27,424 bases of DNA from Macrostomum lignano. Taxonomy: Eukaryota. Where the stretch lies: contig NIVC01003622.1 in NCBI GenBank assembly GCA_002269645.1, positions 1 through 27,424 of the forward strand, read 5' to 3'. Below are positions 12,801-20,140 of this stretch, piece after piece. The notes below the pieces were generated by a model. It made no database searches. It saw only the letters and a list, made by a program, of their open reading frames with translations, and was not told the origin of the DNA. Position numbers and translations under genes: made by a program. The number at the start of each line of letters is the position of its first letter. Position 1 is the stretch's first letter.

Positions 12801-14402
12801 ACATGTGTGATATCTGAGTAACATGTGTGTGATAGCTGAGTGAAATGTGTGATAGCTGAGTGAAATGTGTGTGATAGCTGAGTGAAATGTGTGATAGCTG
12901 AGTGAAATGTGTGTGATAGCTGAGTGACAGGTGTGTTATAGCTGAGTGACATGTGTGATAGCTGAGGGACATGTGTGTGATAGCTGATTGATATGAGTGT
13001 GATAGCTGATTGATATGAGTGTGATAGCTGAGCATGAGTGTGATAGCTGATTGATATGAGTGTGATAGCTGATTGATGAGTGTGATAGCTGATTGATATG
13101 AGTGTGATAGCTGATTGATATGAGTGTGATAGCTGATTGATATGAGTGTGATAGCTGATTGATATGAGTGTGATAGCTGAGTAACATGAGTGTGATAGCT
13201 GATTGATATGAGTGTGATAGCTGATTGATATGAGTGTGATAGCTGAGTAACATGAGTGTGATAGCTGATTGATATGAGTGTGATAGCTGAGAGACATGCA
13301 TGTGATAGCTGAGTGACATGTGTGTGATAGGTTAGCATGCCAGTCACACATGAGTGACACATGAGTGACACATGAGTGACACACGAGTGACATATAAAGA
13401 TCATCTCCCGCTCTGCAGCGGCCAGTGAAAGCGGAAGCCCCAGCATCCGCCGGCCCTGGGCAGACGTCATCAAGGAGAACCGCGCCACCTGGAAGGCCCG
13501 GGCTGAGATCGGTGAGTGATTCGGTGCAGCCGGTGAACAGGTGAAACCAATAGAACAAACAGGAAAATCTGTGAACCGGGGGAACTTGTAAATGAGGAAC
13601 CAACAAATTCGGAGACAACTGTGACTGAGAGAAACCCGTGAACCAGAAAATCCAGTGAACCAGAAAAACCCGTGAACCAGAAAATCCAGTGAACCAGAAA
13701 AACCCGTGAACCAGAAAATCCAGTGAACCAGAAAAACCCGTGAACCAAAAATCCAGTAAACCAGAAAAACCCGTGAACCAGAGAACCTGTGAACCAGAAA
13801 AAACCTGCGAACCAGAAAATTCAGTGAACAAGAAAATCCCGCGAACCAGAAATACCCGTGTACCATAAAATCCTGTGAACCAGAAAAACCCGTGAACCAG
13901 AAAATTCAGAGACCCAGAAATACCCGTGAACAAGAAAATCCAATGAACCAGAAGAACACGTGAACCAGAAAATCCAGTGAACTAGAAAAACCCGTAAACC
14001 GGAAAAACCCGTGAACCAGAAAATCTAGTGAACCAGAAAATCCCGTGAACCAGAAAATCCCGTGAACCAGAGAAACCCGTGAACCAGAGAAACCCGTGAA
14101 CCAGAGAAACCCGTGAACCAGAGAAACTCGTGAACCAGAAAATTTAGTGAACCAGAAAAACATGTGAACCAGAAAATCCAGTGAACCAGAGAAACCCGTG
14201 AACCAGAAAATCTAGTGAACCAGAAAATCCCGTGAACCAGAGAATCCCGTGAACCAGAAAATCCCGTGAACCAGAAAATCCCGTGAACCAGAGAAACCCA
14301 AACACAGAACTAAGCCACTCCTCTCTACTTTCTTGTATTGCAGAAGAGGCGGAGAAAAAGCAACGCGAGGCCGAAGCAGCTGAGAAGGAGGAAGCTGGCT
14401 GA
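3682..14402 (+). CDS. PDE1: Ca2+/calmodulin-dependent 3',5'-cyclic nucleotide phosphodiesterase 1 (multi-exon gene; start exon unresolved)
   Basis: Manually spliced exons 3682-3807, 4352-4429, 4501-4636, 5059-5172, 5489-5668, 5756-5822, 7017-7136, 7206-7346, 7911-8137, 8597-8698, 11569-11689, 12258-12339, 12597-12722, 13419-13511, 14344-14402, all with GT-AG introns and compatible phases. 4501 to stop totals 1568 nt plus 1 carried base = 523 codons. Motifs: VPSEVRDWLASTFTR, EKPHFRSVANAIRAGIMVER, YHNLVHGAD, HDYEHTGTTN, TDMS, HCADISHP, SQVGFIDF. Confidence 0.95.
3834..4320. repeat. 28-bp minisatellite (caccctgcatctcactctgctccagtcc)n, about 17 units
   Basis: Almost perfect; one substitution seen near 4288. 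Confidence 0.98.
4352..4429 (+). CDS. PDE1: PDE1 N-terminal exon (DSSSNRSLTGEK...EKNAG)
   Basis: Acceptor acttccag|, donor GCAG|gtgggc, 78 nt. Only the phase 1 frame is open, and it matches exon 4501. Confidence 0.65.
4501..4636 (+). CDS. PDE1: PDE1 exon (GSEPLSG...PSVGTPEASFACSVR)
   Basis: ctcccgcag| acceptor, CG|gtgggt donor, in frame with 5059. Confidence 0.8.
4641..4950. repeat. Degenerate 12-bp repeat (ctaccctgctgt)n
   Basis: Starts at the splice donor, with an internal duplication of about 130 bp. Confidence 0.9.
5059..5172 (+). CDS. PDE1: PDE1 exon, calmodulin-binding region (RLKKIARLVEE...QNLRYAVQVLEAVYEDETK)
   Basis: ctcttcag| and AA|gtgagc. Resembles the PDE1 segment RLRSLVKQLE...KNLEYAATVLESVYIDETR. 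Confidence 0.92.
5245..5443. repeat. Old degenerate repeat of about 32 bp (ttctaggaaaatccctaaatctggaatgggat-like)
   Basis: About 6 diverged units recognisable from recurring tttcta.gaaaa and aatct.gaatg. Confidence 0.7.
5489..5668 (+). CDS. PDE1: PDE1 exon, PDEase_I N-terminal domain
   Basis: Encodes VPSEVRDWLASTFTR...EKPHFRSVANAIRAGIMVER. aactgcag| and AG|gtgatc. Confidence 0.96.
5756..5822 (+). CDS. PDE1: PDE1 exon (IYRRLSSSSSISVPPNVLLLLK)
   Basis: gacag| and AAG|gtaggc. Continues ...ERIYRR as in PDE1. Confidence 0.92.
5940..6984. repeat. 16-bp minisatellite (cactgagaaggtgagt)n, about 65 units
   Basis: Unit starts at 5965 and 5981. Variants gtaagt, gtgggt, gtgaga, atgagt. Confidence 0.98.
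7017..7136 (+). CDS. PDE1: PDE1 exon (AGLDEWCFDVF...YDLISKFK)
   Basis: ccccctgctcag| and AAG|gtaaag, 40 codons. Contains the PDE W-x-FDVF motif. Confidence 0.95.
7206..7346 (+). CDS. PDE1: PDE1 catalytic exon (GYSKWGNPYHNLVHGADVAQT)
   Basis: tttag| and GTG|gtgagt. Contains the metal-binding YHNxxH motif. Confidence 0.96.
7355..7892. repeat. 31-bp minisatellite (gttgctatgcgattgtgtatcaatatcgatg)n, about 17 units
   Basis: Near-perfect, fills intron 7347-7910. Confidence 0.98.
7911..8137 (+). CDS. PDE1: PDE1 catalytic exon (AALIHDYEHTGTTNNFH...YNDKGVLENYH)
   Basis: PDEase signature HDxxHxGxxN. actttag| and AA|gtgagg. Confidence 0.97.
8172..8540. repeat. Degenerate 22-bp repeat (gttgctagggcgttgctgtggt)n
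   Basis: Periodicity of 22, decays toward the 3' end. Confidence 0.9.
8597..8698 (+). CDS. PDE1: PDE1 catalytic exon (EFRALVIDMVLNTDMSLHFQQIK)
   Basis: tttcag| and AA|gtaagt. Contains TDMS and HFQQIK, typical of PDE1. Confidence 0.96.
8930..9505. repeat. 36-bp minisatellite (ccaatggcatcgatccttcacccaccaccccatcag)n, about 16 units
   Basis: 12-aa periodic pseudo-ORF at 8928-9515. Confidence 0.95.
10043..10067 (+). repeat. Short interstitial telomere-like repeat GGGTTAGGGTCAGGGTTAGGGTTAG
   Basis: Four GGG tracts with TTA/TCA loops. Confidence 0.7.
10380..11200. repeat. Polypyrimidine (CT/CCT) low-complexity tract, about 0.8 kb
   Basis: Almost purine-free on the + strand. Confidence 0.97.
11569..11689 (+). 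CDS. PDE1: PDE1 catalytic exon (IDKEKALALMLHCADISHPGK...EEFFRQ)
   Basis: cgctgcag| and CAG|gtgagt. Confidence 0.97.
11764..12090. mobile_element. MITE-like element with a 17-bp perfect terminal inverted repeat
   Basis: ctactttcagttcagta (11764-11780) is the exact reverse complement of tactgaactgaaagtag (12074-12090). No clear TSD. Confidence 0.5.
12258..12339 (+). CDS. PDE1: PDE1 catalytic exon (GDRERALDLPCSPLCDRTVTMVAQSQV)
   Basis: gcaccag| and G|gtgagc. Includes the invariant Gln region. Confidence 0.96.
12597..12722 (+). CDS. PDE1: PDE1 exon (GFIDFIMEPSFNVLGDMLEKI...)
   Basis: ttgcag| and T|gtgagc. Confidence 0.95.
12773..13393. repeat. About 22-bp minisatellite (gtgtgatagctgattgatatga / gtgtgatagctgagtgacatgt)
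   Basis: Two alternating unit variants filling intron 12723-13418. Confidence 0.95.
13419..13511 (+). CDS. PDE1: PDE1 exon (SASESGSPSIRRPWADVIKENRATWKARAEI)
   Basis: ctctgcag| and G|gtgagt. Contains the PDE ENxxxW motif. Confidence 0.9.
13633..14298. repeat. 18-19-bp minisatellite (ccgtgaaccagaaaatc[c])n
   Basis: Recurring gtgaaccag core. Confidence 0.95.
14344..14402 (+). CDS. PDE1: PDE1 terminal coding exon (EEAEKKQREAEAAEKEEAG*)
   Basis: Long pyrimidine tract plus ttgcag|, in frame, TGA at 14400-14402. Confidence 0.85.
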
Positions 14403-15152
14403 ATTGATGAAGCGACCATCCAATGGCAACCCAAAAAGAGTTCGAAAAGTGAACGCTAGTAGCCACTAACGCACCGCAGTTACATGGAATTCTATTTTAA
14501 AAGGTCCAACTTTGCTTTAAAATGCATTAGGAGTTTGGCTTTTTTCACTTTTAGCACAAACAGCATCAGGTGAGCCTGGCTTCAATCAATCAATGGAAGC
14601 GCATAGACTAAGACACGCACTGAGTATTTAATACGCTCGTAACGCCTGCCTCGGTAATGCATTTTCAAGTGTTGGTCCTGTTGCTAACCAGATTCCTTGT
14701 GTAAGCTGGTTTCTTAGTTACTGGCTGTTAAATTTTCAGATTCGTGTTTGGATAAGAACTCGTCTGGCTTTAGACATGCCCTGTCTGCACTACTGACAGT
14801 AGTTGAAGTCCAAGTTTTTTAAATTATTTTAATGTTGTACCTCGCTCACACAGCGTCCAGTATCCCCAGAAATAGTTACCCACTGCCGAAGCAGAACAAT
14901 TCTTGAAATTATCCTAATGCAAAGAATTCTTAGTACTGTAGTAGTCACCTGAAAATCTGCTTAAATGCATATCCTTTTAAGCCCTCTCTAATTCAGCATG
15001 TAGCCAGAAACTAAGAGTACAAACTTGCTATTTTTTATGAAGCATGAAATATAATATAAGATGCACGATGTCTCGGTTTCCACCGGATTGCGGTAACTCA
15101 GAGCTTTGTTGAGTTCTTATTACTGACCCCTGTTGACTCATCTCTGCTTGTC

Positions 15153-15308
15153 TTGGCGACCCTGGATGATTGGGTGAGGGGGTTGGCGACCCTTGATGAT
15201 TGGGTGAGGGGTTTGGCGACCCTGGATGATTGGATGAGGGGTTTGGCGACCCTGGATGATTGGGTGAGGGGGTTGGCGACCCTGGATGATTGGGTGAGGG
15301 GGTTGGCG
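15153..15308. repeat. 30-bp minisatellite (ggcgaccctggatgattgggtgagggggtt)n, about 5 units
   Basis: Pseudo-ORF LATLDDWVRG repeated 5 times. Confidence 0.95.
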
Positions 15309-15365
15309 CGACTTGGCCACCATGATGACGGTTCTGTCGCACATGGGCGAGCAGGGCAGGTCCAG
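15308..15365 (-). repeat. Inverted copy of PDE1 exon segment 12276-12333
   Basis: The reverse complement matches 55 of 58 nt. The - strand ORF reads LDLPCSPMCDRTVIMVAKS versus the exon's LDLPCSPLCDRTVTMVAQS. Confidence 0.93.
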
Positions 15366-16304
15366 TGGTCTGGCGCGGCGCTCTGACGGGCCCAGGCTCG
15401 ATTCTAAGTGCAGTCGCATTAATTTGGGGCTAAATCTTGGCTCTCTTCTCGTGCAATTAACGCGCTTGAGGGCCAACCTCCAAGGCACAGTGAAGTGTAC
15501 ATGCCTAACGAAAAATAAAGTCAGGGCCGCTGTACACAGCTCCTGTACACTATACACACTGCTCACACTGGGTGTACAGCAGCCCAGGCTTTCTTTTCAT
15601 CAGTCGTGTACACTCTCTGTACCTTGGGGGGGGGGGCTGGCCCTCATAGGAGGGAACCGCCCATGAATTGATTTGCAGGGAAAATGCAAAAACAAAAACC
15701 TATGAAAAATTTCCAGACGCTCCTTTGTTCCTGACCGGAGCTTTGACTCGAAAATTCTTTTTTAAAAACAAACCAATGCTCCGGTTCACATCGCAAAATA
15801 TTCTTCAAAGATCTTCAAAGAAATTCCCAGGGGCGATAGGAGATTAAAAATGCAGCAGCACAGACAGTTTTGTCTCGAATTAAATTCAATAAAATTCTGT
15901 CAATAACAAGCTGACAGTTAATTCACTTCTTTCTTGTTGCAAAACAAAAAAACTGCACCTACTTCTAGTACCAATAACGAAGCAAAAGTAGTCTACAAAG
16001 TTCTATCCGTGACGCAAAACTGTACATTGAGAGATATGCAGATCAGATTTCTCAGGTTAACAAAAATCAACGTAACAAGTTTATTGTAAAAATACAGATT
16101 CACCTTCGATACAATGGAAGTTGTTGATAAGGAGATCCGTTTGATGACGCCACTGGCAGCTGACGAATTGCGTGCAGCAGCGCCTTTCCGGGAAATACAA
16201 TATTTCTCACCCTCATCTCCGTGTTTGCATTTTGCTTCTAGTTGTTCCAACACCTGGAACCTGCACTGAACAGTGTTTGATTAGCAGTAGCGTTTGCGCC
16301 TACG

Positions 16305-16800
16305 GCTGGGCCACAGACAATTCCCATGTGCTGACTGTTTGGCCATAGACAGTTCCCAGGTGCTGACTGCTGGGCCATAGACAGTTGCCATATGCTGATT
16401 GCTTGGCCATAGACAGTTCCCAGGTGCTGATTGCTGGGCCATAGAAAGTTCCCAGGTGCTGACTGCTGGGCCATAGACAGTTCCCATGTGCTGATTGCTG
16501 GGCCATAGACAGTTCCCAAGTGCTGACTGCTGGGCCATAGACAGTTCCCATGTGCTGATTGCTGGGCCATAGACAGTTCCCAAGTGCTGACTGCTGGGCC
16601 ATAGACAGTTCCCATGTGCTGATTGCTGGGCCATAGACAGTTCCCAAGTGCTGACTGCTGGGCCATAGACAGTTCCCATGTGCTGATTGCTGGGCCATAG
16701 ACAGTTCCCATGTGCTGATTGCTGGGCCATAGACAGTTCCCAAGTGCCAACTCCTGGGCCATTTCCAACACTTCCAAGACTGGCCATAGATAGTTCCCAT
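16305..16800. repeat. 32-bp minisatellite (ctgggccatagacagttcccatgtgctgattg)n, about 15 units
   Basis: Direct periodicity of 32. Confidence 0.96.
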
Positions 16801-17429
16801 CTGAATACAGTCAAATAAGGGATTATTTTTATAATTAAAAACCATTGGAAACTCCACAACTAAGTAATAAAATGATGCCGAATTGCCATGATAAATTGTC
16901 ATGAAGATGTATATATTATAATATAATGCATCTATAACAGTATTGCACGGAATGGAATTACGGAATATAACAACATTTATAATAGATAAGCACATTTAGT
17001 TCATAAACAGTTTACTTAGTAAAAATTTTCCTGACAATTATAGACAGACACTGTTTGTTTCACAAATAAATATAAGTTGTTTTAAACTTATTCTGTTACT
17101 CCAGAATGTGCAAGAGGACAATAACAAGTTACTATATTCAAACTTTCGATGCAGAAACTAATTAGTTAGTTGCTAAACTACATGTGCTAAGATATCGAAT
17201 AGGTTGGGCACAGGACATTGAAGTGAAATGAAGCATTTTAAGTGGAACACGGAATAGCAATCAAAATGGTTTGCGCCGTCAGTTAGACCGGCTTTTCTCA
17301 TTCAGTTCCAGACAATCTTTTGACAATTCTGTATGGGACAAAATAACAGGTGTTTCTGGGTCTGCATCACAACAATAGTTTGAGGAAGTTTGCAGTTCGA
17401 GAAAGGAGAAACGTTCGAGAATAGACAGG

Positions 17430-17882
17430 GATCTGGGAAATGGGATTTCAAGAATTGGGGGTTGCAGGAAATGCTGTTTTGGGAAATGGAAATTCTGGAA
17501 ATGGGGATTTCAGTTAATGGGGAATTCTGGGAATGGGAGATTCTGGGAATGGGGAATTCTGGGAGTAGGAAATTCTGGGGAAGGGAAATTCTGGGAATGG
17601 GGAATTCTGGGAATGGGGGATTCTGGGAATGGGGGATTCTGGAAATGGCGATGTCAGTTAATGGGAAATTATGGGAATGGGGAATTCTGGAAGAGGGAAA
17701 TCCTGGGAATGGGAAGTTCTGGGAATGGGGAGTTCTGGGAATGGGGAGTTCTGAGAATAAGGAATAATGGGAATGGGGAATCTGGGAATTAGAAAATAGA
17801 GGGACAAGGAATTAAAGGGGATTAGGGATTTCTGGGATTGGGAATTCAGGAAATGGGAATTTCTAGGATTGGGAATTCGAAA
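17430..17882. repeat. Degenerate G-rich repeat of about 16 bp (gggaatggggaattct)n
   Basis: Recurring gggaat and ggaattct. Confidence 0.9.
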
Positions 17883-18007
17883 GTTTCCAACACTTCCAAA
17901 ACGCATCCACCACACTTTCTCTCTTGAGGAGGGTGCGGCTTGCAGTTTTAAAAATATTGTGGAATCGTTGCTTGACTGAGTTGACTTGCATCTCCTAGTA
18001 ACCGCGA

Positions 18008-18189
18008 TCAGACCAGTGAGTCCGGTCTGCTGGCTGTGACGCGTTGGGGCTGCTGCTGCTTCTGTTCCATCGGGGACCTCGCCGGGCGGCCGCTGGTGAC
18101 GCTGGCGAATTTCAAGGTGGCAGCGCGCCCGGCCCCGGCCAGGCCTCCGACCGGTGCGCGCCTGTCGCCCGCGTTGCCTGGCCGGTGAA
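18008..18189 (-). CDS. Probable terminal (C-tail) exon of the TRHR-like GPCR (LHRPGNAG...RPDSLV*)
   Basis: Acceptor atcaattccag|, phase 1 matches the 19517 donor, 60 open codons in a GC-rich island, ends in an S-x-V class I PDZ-type motif. Confidence 0.7.
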
Positions 18190-18191
18190 CT

Positions 18192-18808
18192 GGAATTGAT
18201 GAATTGATGAATTGATGAATTGGTGAATTGGTGAATTGATGATTTGGTGAATTGGTGAATTGATGAATTGGTGAATTGATGAATTGGTGAATTGGTGAAT
18301 TGATGAAATGATGAATAGGTGAATTGGTGAATTGATGAATTGATAAATTGATGAATTGGTGAATTGATGAATTGATGAAATGATGAATTGGTGAATTGAT
18401 GAATTGGTGAATTGGTGAATTGATGAAATGATGAATAGGTGAATTGGTGAATTGATGAATTGATAAATTGATGAATTGGTGAATTGATGAATTGATGAAA
18501 TGATGAATTGGTGAATTGATGAATTGATGAAATGATGAATTGGTGAATTGATCAATTGATGAATTGAATTAATGAATTGATGAAATGATGAATTGGTGAA
18601 TTGATAAATTGATGAATTTGTGAACTAATGAAATAGATGAATTGGTGAATTGATAAATTGATGAATTGGTGAATTGATCAATTGGTGAATTCGTGAATTG
18701 ATAAATTGATGAATTAATGAATTGGTGAATTGATGAATTGATGAAATGATGAACTAATGAATTGATTATTTGATTAAAGTGATAAAATGGATGAATGGAT
18801 GAATTGGA
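18192..18808. repeat. 8-9-bp repeat (tgatgaat / tggtgaat)n
   Basis: Runs directly up to the - strand acceptor at 18190. Confidence 0.96.
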
Positions 18809-19153
18809 ATTGACCTCTACACTCCCTCAGGTTCTGAATTCAGCAAAAACTGCAGCGAACCCAGAATGACACTTCCTGGTCATTAACGTGCTCGGAAATT
18901 GCATTGAGAGGATTTAATTAACATCCGACTTTTCCTAAGCCCCCTGATACAGTGGAAACTATTCTTAGTTGACCTTCGGCGCCTTGTTTTGGTACACAAT
19001 ATAGTGAATAGAATGGCACTAAGTTCTTCATAAAGAGGCTTGGCTATCAGAGTATCGCAGTGTGAGATGATACTTGACTGGTGCAGTGTAAAACTGAGAC
19101 GCAATTATATTACTGTGCGAGACATACGCTACATCCACTGTTCCCTCAAATGC

Positions 19154-19462
19154 CACCTGCACCCACACCGCCTGCACCCACACCACCTGCACCCACACCA
19201 CCTGCACCCACACCGCCTGCACCCACACCACCTGCACCCACACCACCTGCACCCACACCACCTGCACCCACACCACCTGCACCCACACCACCTGCACCCA
19301 CACCGCCTGCACCCACACCACCTGCACCCACACCGCCTGCACCCACACCGCCTGCACCCACACCGCCAGCACCCACACCGCCTGCACCCACACCGCCTGC
19401 ACCCACACCGCCAGCACGCACACCACATGCACCCACGCCGCCAGCACTCACACCACCTGCAA
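19154..19462. repeat. 15-bp minisatellite (cacctgcacccacac)n, about 20 units
   Basis: Direct periodicity. Confidence 0.97.
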
Positions 19463-19516
19463 CCATCCAACCTTCAGTCTAATCAAGTTTCCGCCGCAAA
19501 GGCAGTACAAACTTAC

Positions 19517-19748
19517 GAATCCAATACAGAAGGCTGCGGAATTCACGCCGGAATTTCACCGACATGGCGTTGTAGATGACTGGGTTGATGGCGGAGTTGA
19601 CGAGGACCAGAAGGCGGCTGATCACGCGGTACCACTCGGAGACGATGCGATACTGCGGCGGTACAAAGCTGTTGTAGGCCACCATCAGGCGGTAGGGCAG
19701 CCACAGGATGGCGAACATCACCACGACTACGAATAGCATCTTCACCAC
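19517..19748 (-). CDS. TRHR: Class A GPCR, thyrotropin-releasing hormone receptor-like, TM6-TM7-helix 8 exon
   Basis: VVKMLFVVVVMFAILWLPYR...LVNSAINPVIYNAMSVKFRREF resembles TRHR (KMLAVVV..LWMPYR...NSAINPVIYNLMSQKFR). Acceptor caacacag|, donor C|gtaagt. Family assignment from motifs; orthology not tested. Confidence 0.9.
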
Positions 19749-19923
19749 CTGTGTTGAGTGGCGATGGTGATGGCTGAGTCTGAGTTATAAGGAACTGCAT
19801 GGGATGTGCGGTGAAATGGGTGCATGGTGTGGGTGCAAGTAGGGTGGGTGCAGGTGGTGTGAATGCAAGGTGGGATAGAGGGTATGGACAAGGATGTAAA
19901 TGGAGAGGATGCTAATAGTTGGG

Positions 19924-19996
19924 GTGCTGATGGAGGGGTGCTAATGTAGGAGGTGCTAATGTAGGGGGTGCTTACGGAGGAGGTGCTAACGTAGGG
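19924..19996. repeat. Short repeat of about 16 bp (gaggtgctaatgtagg), about 4-5 units
   Basis: Recurring ggtgctaa. Confidence 0.75.
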
Positions 19997-20140
19997 GTTT
20001 AGCGAGTGGCCGACTTCAGCGCCCACCCCAGCCTGGGAACACCCAAGCTTAAAAGGAATTAAACTATTTAAAAAATGTTTCATCTCTGCTGATTTCCAAG
20101 TTCCTCAAATATTGCAATAAGCATTCAAATCTCCGTTGCG

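Noticed and set aside
12541-13933. 441-aa and 395-aa minus-strand ORFs
   Set aside because: They span two minisatellites and the antisense of PDE1 exons, with no recognisable domain.
15993-16270. Coding-looking unique stretch between the two genes (- strand 86-aa ORF; + strand FTFDTMEVVDKEIRLMTPLAADELRAAAPF...)
   Set aside because: No recognisable family and no convincing splice partner. It is left uncalled; a BLASTX search would decide.
19028-19579. (PAPTP)n, (HLHPH)n, collagen- or keratin-like and Cys-rich ORFs
   Set aside because: All are frames of a 15-bp array in a GPCR intron.
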